This document shows positions 12,396 through 24,045 of a DNA stretch of 64,000 bases, one piece after another. How positions within the stretch are numbered: the stretch's first letter is position 1; each line of letters begins with the position of its first letter. Both the position numbers and the translations under genes were made by a program. Under the pieces are notes generated by a model. The model was not told where the DNA came from. It saw only the letters and a program-made list of their open reading frames with translations, and did no database searches. Origin of the DNA: Heterodontus francisci (Eukaryota); the NCBI RefSeq assembly GCF_036365525.1, contig NC_090402.1, positions 8,707,079 through 8,771,078 on the forward strand, read 5' to 3'.

Positions 12396-12695
12396 CATGC
12401 TGAGATCTTTGCATTCCTCCAATTCTGGCCTCTTGCACATCCCCGATTTCATTTGTCTCACCATTGGCGGCCGTGCCTTCTGCTGCCTGAGCCTTAAACT
12501 CTGGAATTCCCTCCCTAAACCTCTCCGCCTCTCTCTTCTCCTTTAAAACGTTCCGAAAATCCCGCTGCCTGGCCACTTCTGAGGTGTCTGTCCAAATATC
12601 ACCTTATGTGACTCACTGTTTGGTAATGTTTCTATGAAACGCCTTGGGACATTTTACTATGTTAAACATTTGGGTATATAAATGCGAATTGTATT
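12396..12695 (+). mobile_element. L2 3' end contiguous with the minisatellite
   Basis: gagatctttgcattcctccaattctggcctcttgcacatcc...ctctggaattccctccctaaacc...tatataaatgc. Confidence 0.85.
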
Positions 12696-12699
12696 TGCT

Positions 12700-13200
12700 T
12701 TTCACAACCTCAGGACATCCCAAAGCGCTTTACAACCAGTGAAGTGTAGTCTGTTATACAGTAGGTGATATGGTAGCTAATGTGCACACAGCAAGCTCCC
12801 TGACATAGTGACCAGATCATCTGTTTTTATTTTTACTGATGTTGGTTGAGAGATAACTATCAGCTGGGACACTGGGGAGTCCCATCTTCAGCTTGTGTCA
12901 TGAGATCTTTTACATCCACCCGAGAGGCAGCAGGCCTTGCTTTATCGCATCCAAAAGACGACAGCAACAGTGCAAGCAAGACTTGCATTTATATAGCGCC
13001 TTTCACAATCACCGGATGCCCCGAAGTGCTTTACAGCCAGTGAGGTATGCTCACTTGTAAGGTAGGACTGTGAAGCACCCTCTCACTACTGTGTCCAGAG
13101 TGTCAGCTGAGACTGATATGCTCAAGCCTCTAAAATGGGGAATTGAAAACATGACTTTCCGACTCAGAGGGAAGAGTGCTACCAGCCATGGCTGACACTA
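12700..13200 (-). mobile_element. SacSINE1-like fragments
   Basis: acaacctcaggacatcccaaagcgctttaca; tcttttacatccacccgagaggcag; acttgcatttatatagcgcc. Confidence 0.7.
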
Positions 13201-13528
13201 TGGAAAGTAGTTGTACGTCAGTGGAGAATGTCACACTACGGTTTGGATTGGAAGGGGAGAAGCTCCTCTATTGTGGGAGGCGCAGAGGCCTGCAAAAGAG
13301 AACCGGGCAGAGTGTAAAACCGGGTGACAATGTGCTATCGCCCAAAACAAGTTTCATCCCCTGCAAATTAATTCAGGCTGATAAATTAAGAACTTCCACT
13401 TGGGAGAGATACGATGAGCTAATGTCACCAATGGGGAGCTGCAGCCAGCAGCAATGTAGAAAGAAGCAAGGAAACTGGGCTAAAAATAACCCAAGTACCA
13501 GTAACATTTATGCCCTCAGATAATGAGA

Positions 13529-13547
13529 TTCCACCATCTAGTGGTGA
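13529..13547 (-). promoter_or_regulatory. CTCF-like motif
   Basis: Reverse complement TCACCACTAGATGGTGGAA versus CTCF core CCACYAGRKGGCR. Confidence 0.5.
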
Positions 13548-14564
13548 TCGTGAAAACTGTTCCTCTAAAGCAAAAAAACTGGACACTGCGAACGCTGGAA
13601 ATCTGACATCAAAACAGAAAACAAAGGGACTCCTGACAACACAGAGGCAAGCCGACATCATCAGAGCGCTCCAAGTTGCGTACATGTGCAAACGGTCTGC
13701 TGCTCTCAGTGAGATGCTGCGCATACGCAGCCTACGTCTTTCCAGGACTAATTGGCACATGCATGGGAAGACGTCATCAGCTACTCTTCCCCGCCCCATT
13801 GGCTGCTGTCCCCCCTCGGCCACTCGCTCCAGGCCTCGACGCTTTCTCTCCCTCCCCTCTCGTCCCCACCGGTCGCTGCCCCCGCTCTCCGGCCACTCGT
13901 TCCCCCCCCCCCCCCACCACCCAGCCGCTCGCTCCCAGCTCCCCCCCCGCCCACTCCAGCCGCTAGCTCTAGGCTGCGTCGCTTTCCCTCCTCTTGGCCA
14001 CTCACTCCTACGTCACTCCATCATCCCTCGCGGCCTGCCTTGCTTCTTCAGGCGGTGCGGTGAGGAACGATCGAACGTGGGAGCGAGTGGCTGAGAGGAG
14101 GGAAGTGGTGCAGCCTGGAGCTAGCTCCTGGTCGGGGGGGCGGGGTTAAGCAGGGAGCGAGAAGCTGGAGAGCAGGGTGGGGGGGGGGGGGGGTGGGAGG
14201 GGGAGAAATGTGGAGCAGGGAACAATCGGCCGAGGGGAGGGAAAGTGGGGGGAGGGAGCAGTGGCAAGATCTGGAATGAGTGTTAATGTGTGGACTGGGA
14301 GAATGGGTGACTACAAATGGAGGGGGGGGGGGGGGGACAGAAATTCACAGTTATTTCCTCCATAAACATCACAGTGTAAATGATGACTTTACCGACCATA
14401 GAAAGTTGCTTTACATTCCAAATTTCAATGGCAGTATCATACCAGAGGTCTGTCTTGTTTTTTGTGATGAATTGAGCAGCGCCATCTTTAATCCTGGCAG
14501 CTGCCTGAACGTTGCTGACAATGACGTTTCAGTGGAAGAGGCTGCATTTGCACATGTGCTAGTA

Positions 14565-14583
14565 TAGCGCCACCTAGTGGTTA
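14565..14583 (-). promoter_or_regulatory. Strong CTCF motif
   Basis: Reverse complement TAACCACTAGGTGGCGCTA, a near-consensus CTCF site. Confidence 0.7.
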
Positions 14584-14602
14584 TGTTGTCAGCAAACACA
14601 GG

Positions 14603-14735
14603 CAACAGAAAATGCTGGAAACACTCAGCAGGCCTGGCATCTGTCGAGAGAAACAGAGTTAAAGTTTCAGGTCTGTGACCTTTCATCAGAACTGCTAGTT
14701 GCTGAGTGTTTCCAGGGTTTTCCTGTTTTTATTTA
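14603..14735. mobile_element. Short Penelope-derived element with inverted ends and a degenerate hammerhead motif
   Basis: aaaatgctggaaacactcagca ... tgctgagtgtttccagggtttt inverted ends around gagttaaagtttcaggtctgtgacctttcatcagaact. Confidence 0.8.
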
Positions 14736-14897
14736 AAACTTTTCTTTGCGAGTTTGGCGAATGTTTTTTGGGGATAATCAGGAACAGTTAAATACTGTTC
14801 ATGCATTAAGGTGCATTTTCCTTTCTATAAAAGATCCAAAAACAGTGTGACAGAAGTTCTCCTATCCAACAGATTCAAGCCATAGAACAACAGTGTG

Positions 14898-15350
14898 AAT
14901 GAGAGGTTATACCTATCAGGAAAGATTGAACGGGCTGGGGGTCTTTTGCGGAAGAGAGTTCCAAACTTTTACCCCCCTTTGTGTGAAGAAATGTTTCCTA
15001 ATTTCACTCTTGAAAGGTCTGGCTCTAATTTTTAGACTCTGCCCCCTAGTCCTAGACTCCCCAACCAGTGGAAACAGTTTCTCCCTCTTTACCCTATCTG
15101 TTCCCCTTAATATCTTGAAAACTTAGATGAAATCACCCCTTAACCTTCTAAATTCCAGGGAAAACAACCCGTTTGTTTAATCTCTCATCATACTTTAACC
15201 CTTGGAGTCCCGGTATCATTCTGGTAAATCTACACTGCACTCCGTCCGAGGCCAGTATATCCTTCCTAAGGTGTGGTGCCCAGAACTGCTCACAGTAACT
15301 CCAGGTGTGGTCTAACCAGGGCTTTGTACAGCTGAAGCATGACTTCTACC
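14898..15350 (-). mobile_element. CR1 fragment with a short inverted (+) piece at its left end
   Basis: ORF 14899-15126 switches from sense CR1 (RGYTYQERLNGLG) to antisense CR1 (CGREFQTFTPLCVKKCFL). Confidence 0.75.
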
Positions 15351-15425
15351 CACTTTGTGCACTCAATAGGCACTGATACTATTTATAGTGACCACCAGCC
15401 AATGACCCTGATTGAAATGGGTATG

Positions 15426-15662
15426 TGTGGAGGGTCAGTACTGAGGGAGTGCTGCACTGTTGGAAAGGCAGTACTGAGGGAATGCTGCACTGTTGGAAGG
15501 GCAGTACTGAGGGAGTGCTAGACTATTGGAGGGGCAATACTGAGGCGACGTTGCACTGTTGGAGGGGCAGTACTGAGGGGACGTTGCACTGTTGGAGGGG
15601 CAGTACTGAAGGAGTGCTGCACTGTCGGCGGGTCAGTACTGAGGGAGCGCTGCACTGTCAGA
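15426..15662 (+). repeat. 33-bp tandem repeat (7 units) derived from a SacSINE1 internal hairpin
   Basis: agtactga at 15437, 15470, 15503, 15536 (variant), 15569, 15602, 15635. Confidence 0.95.
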
Positions 15663-15955
15663 GGTGCCGTCTTTTGGATGAAACATAAATGATCCAATTG
15701 CGCTATTTTGTAAGAGATTAGGGGAGTTCTCCCTGGTGTCCTGGCCAATTTTTATCCTTCAATCAACATCACAAAAACAGATTATCTGGTCATTATCACA
15801 TTGCTGTTTGTGAGATCTTGCTGTGTGCAAATTGGCTGCTGCATTTCCTACATTACAACAGTGACAACAGTTCAAAAGTACTTCACTGGCTGTAAAGCAC
15901 TTTGGGACTTCCTGAAGTTATCAAATGTGCTATATAAATGCAATACTTTATTCTT
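15630..15955 (+). mobile_element. 5'-truncated SacSINE1-like SINE
   Basis: gaggtgccgtcttttggatgaaac...gctatataaatgcaa. Confidence 0.85.
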
Positions 15956-15959
15956 TACA

Positions 15960-16405
15960 GGGATATTAAACAAAGTTTGAAACTGAGTCACATAAGACAA
16001 TATTAGGACAGGTGATCAAAGGCTTGGTGAAAAGAGGTATGTTTTAAGGAGCATCTTAGAGGAGGATAGAGCCAGAGAGAGGTGGAGAAGTTTAGGGAGG
16101 GAATTTCAGAACTTAGGGCCTTGACAACTGAAGGCATGGCCACCAATGGTGGAGTGATTAAAATCGGGGATGTACAAGAGGCCAGAATTGAAGAGAGATC
16201 TCAAAGGGTTGTGGGGCTGGAGAAGATTACAGAGATAGGGAGGGTTGAGGCCAAAGATCTGAAAACAAGGATGGGAATTGTCAAATTGAGGTGTTACTGG
16301 ACTGGGTGCCATTGTAAATCAGCGAGTGCAGGGGGGATGATTTGTGAACAGGAATTAGTTTGAGTTAGGCTGTGGACAGCAGAGTTTTCGATGACTTCCA
16401 GTTGA
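15960..16405 (-). mobile_element. L2 3' fragment
   Basis: PPYLCNLLQPHNPLRSL...STIGGHAFSCQGP. Confidence 0.8.
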
Positions 16406-17249
16406 AGAATGCCCATTCAGACGAGCTGCTGGTAACGCTGTTGTCCGCCAAGGAGTAGTGCCTTTGTGTGACCTGCTTTTTGCAGCAAAGCAGTGAAAGC
16501 TATTAACAAGCTCTTTCCTCTGGCAGCAAAACATTTCCTTTTCCAATTATTCCAGTTCAGCAGCAGTATTTGAGGTTAGTGTGCCGATCCTAATCCCCAG
16601 TTAACGATGTGCCCCTAAACTAGCCAAGAACTGAAAAAACAAATTGCCTGTGAAAGTGACTTTTAATTGGCTGTTATAAAGGATAATCAGGTCATAAAAC
16701 TCCTCAGATAATCAGACATTTTGAAGTTGGGCCCAATTTTAAGTCATTCAAAATCCATTCACTTAGACAGAGTTAAAATTGGGCCATTCATCTCTATGGA
16801 AAACCTATGAAGCAACACAGAATGGGTTCTAGTGTTTGTTTATCTGTCCTCAATATATTCTTGGAGAATTTGGGGGGGCGAGGGGGGTGATGGGAGGGTT
16901 GTAGGTCTGGATGAGATTACAGAGATAGGGGTGGCTGAGGCCAGGAAAGGGTTTGAATATGAGGATGTCCATTGGGAGACAAGGAGCAAACACAAACCCG
17001 CAAGGGCAGGGATGATGGGTGAGTCATGAAACTTCATAGGCTCCAGGAACAATGTTCAAGTTTTCCAAATGCACTCTCACCCAACCTCATCTCGCCCTAG
17101 ACAGCAGTTGGGGTTTTAGAAAGTAGCTACCAATCTACAGATCCTTTCCTAGGCATATTAAGCTCTAACAGGCCCTAGAATGTGCTTATTCAGGTCACTT
17201 TCCCCACTGGGAGTACCTGCACTCCAAGGGTCAAATTACAAAGAGAAAT

Positions 17250-17670
17250 TCACACAAACTAGGGTTGAATTCCCTGGAGTTTAGAAGGTTAATGGGTGAT
17301 TTAATCAAAGGTTTCAAGATATTGAGGGGAACAGGTAGGGTGGATAGAGAGAAACTATTTCTGCTGGTTGGGGAGTCTAGGACTAGGGGACAGAGTCTAA
17401 AGATTAGAGCCAAACGTTTCAGGAGTGAAACTACAAAGCACTTCTTCACACAAAAGGTGATAGAAGTTTGGAACTCTCTGCCGCAAAAGGCAATTGATGC
17501 TGGATCAATTGTTAATTTTAAACCTGAGGTTGATAGATTTTTGTTAACTAAAAGTATTGAGGAATAGGGGACAAAGGCAGGTATTTGGAGTTTGGTCACA
17601 GATCAGCCATGATCTCATTGAATGGCGGAACAGGCTCGAGGGGCTGAATAGCCTCCCCCTATTCCTATAT
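17250..17670 (+). mobile_element. CR1 3' fragment
   Basis: SLEFRRLMGDLIKGFKILRG...KHFFTQKVIEVWNSLPQ followed by CR1 3' UTR. Confidence 0.88.
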
Positions 17671-18347
17671 TTTTAAGCTTTGGCCTTAAAAGAACACAAC
17701 AGGTTCCACCTTAGACAGAGCTTCATCCTCGAAGCTGAAACATCACGATCAGGCTCCAGAGGATATCAGTTAGCATACATAGAAAAGTCAACTGCAGCTT
17801 ACTACAGGAGTGGGGCAATTATAGAATCACATTTAGTATTCAAGAAGAGTATTGATCAGATTCAGTGAAATTCACTTTCAGATCTGGTGCCTCATTACTG
17901 CCAGCACTACAGACCACCCAGTCAAATTGGTGAGTGGTTTTAGAAGAGGTTAATAAGAACAAACCATGATGGCTTCTTGTCCGAGCATTCCCCTCCCTCC
18001 TGGTTACATTTGTACTGAATCTCTCCTCCCTGCATTGGCCGCTGTGTGGAAAGAAGTTGATGTTCAGTGAGGCAAGGCAGTGAAGAATCCAGGAGTGCTT
18101 AGTATGCATGAGCTTTGTGTCGGATGTCACTGCAATGATTTATGTAGCTTATGTAATATAACACTGTACTTGTTAACATTTTAAAATGGGACAAAGTACC
18201 GGGGGACTGGAGTTTCGTTCTGGGAAATCAACGTTTGGCTTTTCACAGGGTATTTGTTTAATTTAATCATGTGGTACTCATTCCACTCGGCTCTGTAATA
18301 GAGCACTAAAAAACAGCAAGTGTCAGCATGATTCAGTTACTCAATCT

Positions 18348-18775
18348 GTGGCTCAGTGAGTAGCATTTTCACCTCTAAGTCAGAAGGTTGTGGGTTCAAG
18401 TCCCACTCCAGAGACCTGAGCACAAAAATCTAAGCTGGCACTCCAGTTCTGTTACTACACTGTCCGAGGTGCTGCCTTTCAGATGAGATGTTAAACTGAG
18501 GCCCTGCCTGCATTTTCAGGTGGATGTAAAAGATTGCACAGCTGCTATTTTGAAGAAGAGCAGGGGAGTTCTCCCTGGTTATCCTTCAATCAATGCCACT
18601 TAAAAAAAATGATCTGATAATGATCACAATGCTGTTTGTGGGATCTTGCTGTGTGACAATTGACTGCTGTGTTTCCTACATTACAACAGTGACTACACTT
18701 CAAAAAGGTACTTCATTGGCTGTAAAGCACTTTCGTCATGAAAGGTTCCATACAAATGCAAAGTCTTTTTTTCTT
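18348..18775 (+). mobile_element. SacSINE1-like SINE, near full length
   Basis: gtggctcagtgagtagc...gggttcaagtccc tRNA head, Deu-like core, aaatgcaaagtc tail. Confidence 0.85.
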
Positions 18776-19386
18776 CCAGTTGCCGAGGTTTGCAGTCACC
18801 TCCCCCAGTCACATACCGTGTGTATGTTGAATCCTGCGGTGCTCTGATTGTGCCCGATCCAGAGTTTTGGCTGAGTACATACCCGCTGCTGGACTTGGTC
18901 AGGATTTGGAGAGGAAGGTGGATGTGTTTAAAGCATTCAGAGTGGATTGAACTGTATTTTAAATTCGCTGGAGATTTACCATGACTGTTTTATGTAAGAT
19001 GGAGTGAGTGAAAGGAACACAGGATGACTCTGTCCCATTTACTGATTTCATGCCTGCAGTTAAATGATTTCAAAGCTACGTTTGACAGTAGTGTCAGGCT
19101 TTTTGGCTGGGTGGAGCCAAAGAGCAAGAGTGGGACTCTATTTTGAGATGGGAATTGAAGGAGAGTCTGTCAGAGTGACAACTAAATTAATGCTTGGTGT
19201 GGCAGATTGTTGAACAATAGGATACTTGGTTTTATAAAAAGAATAAATTTGACAGAATTTTAAACATAGATTAAAAGAGCATTATAAGGCTTTGTGGATT
19301 TATTATTTGGAAAAGAATTTAACAATGGCATTTTTGACCTGGTTGTGATGTACAATAGATTAATATATAGGAGTACAGTACATAGT

Positions 19387-19505
19387 AATAAAAGCAAAAT
19401 ACTGCAGATGCTGGAAATCTGAAATAAAAATAAAAAATGCTGGAAATACTCAGCAGGTCTGATGAAGGGTCACTGACCTGAAATGTTAACTCTGCTTCTC
19501 TCTCC
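19387..19505. mobile_element. Penelope-derived short insertion with hammerhead motif and 12-bp flanking direct repeat
   Basis: ACAGTACATAGT at 19375-19386 and 19506-19517; ctgatgaagggtcactgacctgaaatgttaact. Confidence 0.85.
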
Positions 19506-19509
19506 ACAG

Positions 19510-19922
19510 TACATAGTGGTTATGTTACCTGACTAATAATCCAATGGCTTAGATTAGTGATCTGGAGTCATGTGTTCAAATTCCTTCATGACAGTGGGGA
19601 CATGTGAATTCATTTAATTAAATAAATCAGCAATAAAAAAAAATAGTATCAGTAATGGTGGCTATGAAACTATCAGATTGTTGTAAAAACCCATCTGGTT
19701 CACTGATGTCCTTTAGGGAAGGAAATCTGCCATCCTTACCCGGTCTGGCCTACATGTGACTCTAGACCCACAGCAATGTGGTTGACTTTTTAAATGGCCT
19801 TGCCAGCCATTCAGTTGTATTCAAGAAAGTAACCCACCACCAGTTTCTCGAGGTCATTAGGTATGGGCAATAAATGCTGGCTTTGCCAGTGTTGCCCACA
19901 TCCAATGAAAGAATAAAAAAAA
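19510..19922 (+). mobile_element. tRNA-derived SINE (same family as 5985-6395)
   Basis: tagtggttatgttac...gttcaaattcc head; gtcctttagggaaggaaatctgcc core; gggcaataaatgctgg...aataaaaaa tail. Confidence 0.8.
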
Positions 19923-20993
19923 TCATGGGCAACAAATTGAGCTTTACTTTCTACTATAAGCTAATAAATGGTAAAGGAATGATTGTAAGGTACAAAGGAA
20001 TGATCACCAGGTTGTAAATGTGTTGAGCAGAGATGGCACGGGTTAGCACTTGACTGGGAAATCACCTGGGAATAAAATCTGCAATGGGCTTACCCTGCTT
20101 CAGGTCCGTAAGTCTTGCCCATGCCCAGGTGACCCTGGAGGGTCTGCTGGTATGCTTGAGGTCTTCTCTGGACACTGGAGGTTGCTGTGAGTGTTGAACT
20201 ATATTGCCTCTCCTCATTCTTCCTCCTTTTCCCACTCCAAGTTTTTGGGCTCAATGCACCTGCGGCATTGACTCTGTTTCTGTCTCTGTGGATGCTGTCT
20301 GGCCTGCTGAGTATTTCCGGCATTTTCTCCTTTTGTTTCAGATTTCCAGCATCCACAGTATTTTGCTTTTGTTTTATTGCAGGTGTTGCTCGCAGAACTG
20401 AGTCGAGAAACACAGACAGACCAATTAAGAGCCAGTTTGTATTGGGGTGGGTGTTGGATGTGGAAGTCGGTCCCTGAGTTCCTGTGTAGGTCTCTTTGTT
20501 GCATAAGTTTGAGCTAGAGATAGAGGAGAAGCTGCTGGGTTTAACCCCGAGTACTTTTGAGCCCAGTTGGGCCCAGTAATTCCAATATGAGACTGTCGAG
20601 GGAGGTAGCTTCCAGGGGAGATGAAGTTGCTGAACGGACACCAACTACTCAATGTAAAAGGCAGGGACTTGATGCACCGAATGACCTCCTTCTGTACAGT
20701 AAATGATTCTGAGACGCCAATGGATGCTAGGTATAATATTATTGTTTAGTTTTATACATTTCCATTTTCCTTTAAGTTAAGTTATTAGTGATGGCCTCTT
20801 TAAAAAAGGGGCACATTTATTATCTGTTTTTTAGTTGATGTGACTGAGGTACCCTTATTGGTTAAATTATAAGAAGGCATTCTGATGTTGCTGAGTACTT
20901 CCAGCATTTTCTGTTTTTATTTCAGATTTCCAGCATCCGCAGCCCTTGTTCTTGTATTACTGATGTTGTTGTTTTGTTAGTCACTGGCTCTCT

Positions 20994-21012
20994 CGTGCAG
21001 CAGATGGCACTG
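20994..21012 (+). promoter_or_regulatory. CTCF-like motif (forward)
   Basis: CGTGCAGCAGATGGCACTG resembles CCASYAGRKGGCRS with one mismatch. Confidence 0.5.
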
Positions 21013-22469
21013 TCCTCCCTTCCTCAATCTCTTGCTGAGGTGGTGACTGTGCCCTGTGAACGAAAATGTAGCCAGCTTGATAAAATGCCTTAGGTGCATA
21101 ACAGGCTCACCTGTGACAAACTGTGCTCACCTGTGACAAGGTTTCTGGTCAGTGTGTCTATTGTATGTGCAGCCTCAAGGAAGTGCTTCTACATTTGTTA
21201 CTCTAATATTGCAACGCTCTCCTGGCCAACCTCCCAATCTCCATTCTAAAATATCACAAGGTGCTTCATAAGAATGATTATGAAACAAAATTTTGACACT
21301 GAACCACATAAGGAGATGGTAGGACAGGTGACCAAAAGCTTGGTCAAAGTGGTAGTTTTTGAGGAGTGTCTTAAAGGAGGAGAGAGAGCATTAGATGGAA
21401 ATTGGGGATGCACAAGAGGTCAGAATTGGAGGAGGGCAGAGATCTCGGAGGATTGTCGGACTGAAGGAGGTTACAGAGATAGAGAAGTGGAGTGTTCAAA
21501 AAAATTAGTCCAGTGAGTCTTAGCTGAAGGACTGCTCAATTGACTTGATGGCTCTCAGGATTCTATACATTATGTTACTTGCTGTTAACCAGTAAGCTGT
21601 CAGCCACAAGAGCAAAGTTGCAGGAAGCCAAACGTATTACCCAAACTTACTGAATCATGTAATCATCTCCAACATCTTTTAACCCATTTTTATTCTGCAA
21701 TGGAAGAGGAGGAAGCTAACATAATACATGCAATTTGATATTTTCTAGCCTTTTAAACTCACTTGTACCCTGGGATGTATCACCTGCTCATCAATTCACC
21801 AAATGGACAAGTGTTGGGTGCCTTAAAATATTCACAAGTTGTTCTGAAACTCAGCCTTCTATAATGAATCACCTGCCCCCATCCTTCACCTTCCCACCCC
21901 AACAGACCCAGCCCCTGCCTTCAGGCCCCCATCTCCCTTCACCAAACAGGAGCTTGAAATCCTACCAACATTTCAAACAGTTTCCAGTGCTGTGAATTAT
22001 GCAGATTGCCTCTGTGCTTTTAATTAGTTGGCAAAGCTGCTTTCATTGGTTAAAGAAAAACAATGGCAAAAATGTGCTTAATATGGAAACTGTTGCAGGT
22101 CCCTAAGGCAGCTGCAGGCACAAAAGGCCATTTGTCCTCACTTAGCTCATCCAGCCAGAAAAAAATCCCATGGTACCCTCTCCATTGCTCCACCCAAATG
22201 ATTCCCGGAATTTGTTGGAAGCCCATTCCATGCAATCATTACTGCATGAAAAACAAAGTCCTCAACATGTCCTAAATTTGCTTTTCAGCAATTAGTATCT
22301 ATGCTGCGTTGATCCACTCTCATGGTTTTAATTTGAAGTTGTGTCTGGGAGCAGTGCTTCTAGACTGTTAACCATCTTCTATTCATCTGTAATGTGAACT
22401 CTCCATTATCTAAATTTGGCTTTGCCAGTGTCACGCACATCCTGAGAACAGGAACAAACCTCCTTCAAT

Positions 22470-23310
22470 GCGATGACCATCACAACATTCTCATCTTCAA
22501 GCCATCGATTTTGGTCCCCACCACAAACTCTGTTCCTTAACTACCAATTCCATACTTCTCCTCAGTAAATGTCTGAAGCTTAACCAGACTTTTGGCACTT
22601 GGTGTTGTATTTCACCTGAGTTGAGCTGCCAACTACATATCCATGCCATCACTAAGATCACCTACTGCCAAGTCTGTAAGATCACCCCTCTCTGCCCCTG
22701 CATCAGCTCATCTGCTGCTGAAACCCTCATACATGCCTTTGTTACCTCTAGACTTGATTATTCCAATGCACTCCTGGCCAGCCTTCCATCTTCCATTCTC
22801 CATAAACTTGAGCTCACCTAAAACTCTGGTGCTCATATCCTAATTTACACCAAATCCAGTTCACCTATCAGATGTGCTCTCTGACCTACATTGGCTCCCC
22901 GTCCAACAACACCTTAATTTTAAAATTCTCATCGTTGTTTTCAAATCCCCCCATGCCCTCACTCCATCCATCTCTGTAACCTCCTCCAGCCCCACAACTC
23001 TCCGAGATATCTGCGCTCCTCCAATTCTGGCCTCCTGAGCATCCCCAATTTTAATTGCTGCACCATTGGCGGCAGTGCCTTCAGCTGCCTGGTTCCTAAA
23101 CTCTGAAATTCCCAGCCTAAACCTCTCTGCCTCTCTCTCTGCTCCTCTAAGATGCTCCTTAAAACCTACCTCTTTGACCAAGCTTTCGGTGACTTGTCCT
23201 GATATCTTTATGTGGCTTGGTGTCAAATCTTGTCTGATTATACTCCTGTTAAGTGCCTTAGGACATTTTTCGACATTAAAGGGGCTATATAAATGCAAGT
23301 TATTGTCATC
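22470..23310 (+). mobile_element. L2 3' part with tail
   Basis: AAETLIHAFVTSRLDYSNALLASLP; ends gctatataaatgcaagttattgtc. Confidence 0.9.
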
Positions 23311-23559
23311 GTTGAAACGACAGCTCTTTTCTTTCTCACTCTTTGGGTGAAACTCTACTAACTTCATCCCGTTTCAGAGCCCATACTTCCTCAGCTCAAG
23401 ATCAGCTGCCTCAGGGTAGAACATGGGTTCAATCTGGTTGAATGACTTGGTGTCACATCTGTAAGCACATTTACCTATTGATCCATCAGGGGATCTATCA
23501 TACAAGTGCTCGAGCTTATGGTTTGCAACACCCTTTACTAGATTAAGTTTTATGTAAGA

Positions 23560-24045
23560 TTACATAGTATTTGCAGCACAGAAACAGGCCATTCAGCCCA
23601 ACTGCTCCATACTGGTGTTTATGCTCCATACAAGCCTCCTCCCACTCCTCGTCATCTCACCCTATCAGCATATCCTTCTCTCCCTTTCTCCCTCATGTGT
23701 TTATCCAGCTTCCCCTTAAATGCATCTATACTATTCACCTCAACTACTCCTTTTGGTAGTGAGTTCCACATTCTAATCTCTCTTTGGGTAAGGAATTTCT
23801 CCTGAATTCCCTATTGGATTTAAGAGTGACTATCTTATATTCATGGCTCTTAGTTCTGGTCTCATCCCACCAGTTGGAAATATCTTCTATACGTCTACCC
23901 TATCAAAACCTTTCAGAATCTTAAAGACGCCTTTCAGGTCACTCCTCAGCCTTCTCTGTTCTAGAAAAACGGAGCCGTGCCTGTTCAATCTTTTCTGATA
24001 GGTATAACCTCTCAGTTCCGGTGTCATCCTTGTAAATCTTTACGC
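23560..24045 (-). mobile_element. CR1 3' fragment
   Basis: gcagcacagaaacaggccattcagccc 3' UTR; same subfamily as 7610-8125. Confidence 0.85.

Noticed and set aside
11248-12576. Repetitive ORFs (EVTEIGRVVG / GGGYRDREGC)
   Set aside because: Translations of the L2-derived minisatellite, with frame switching between units
13510-14094. 194-aa ORF
   Set aside because: Pro/Arg-rich read-through of a C-rich element; no domain or splice support
15425-15688. ORF with 11-aa repeats (STEGVLHCWRG)
   Set aside because: In frame only because the SINE-derived unit is 33 bp
20090-20644. 184-aa minus-strand ORF
   Set aside because: Runs through a Penelope pLTR fragment; no homology recognised
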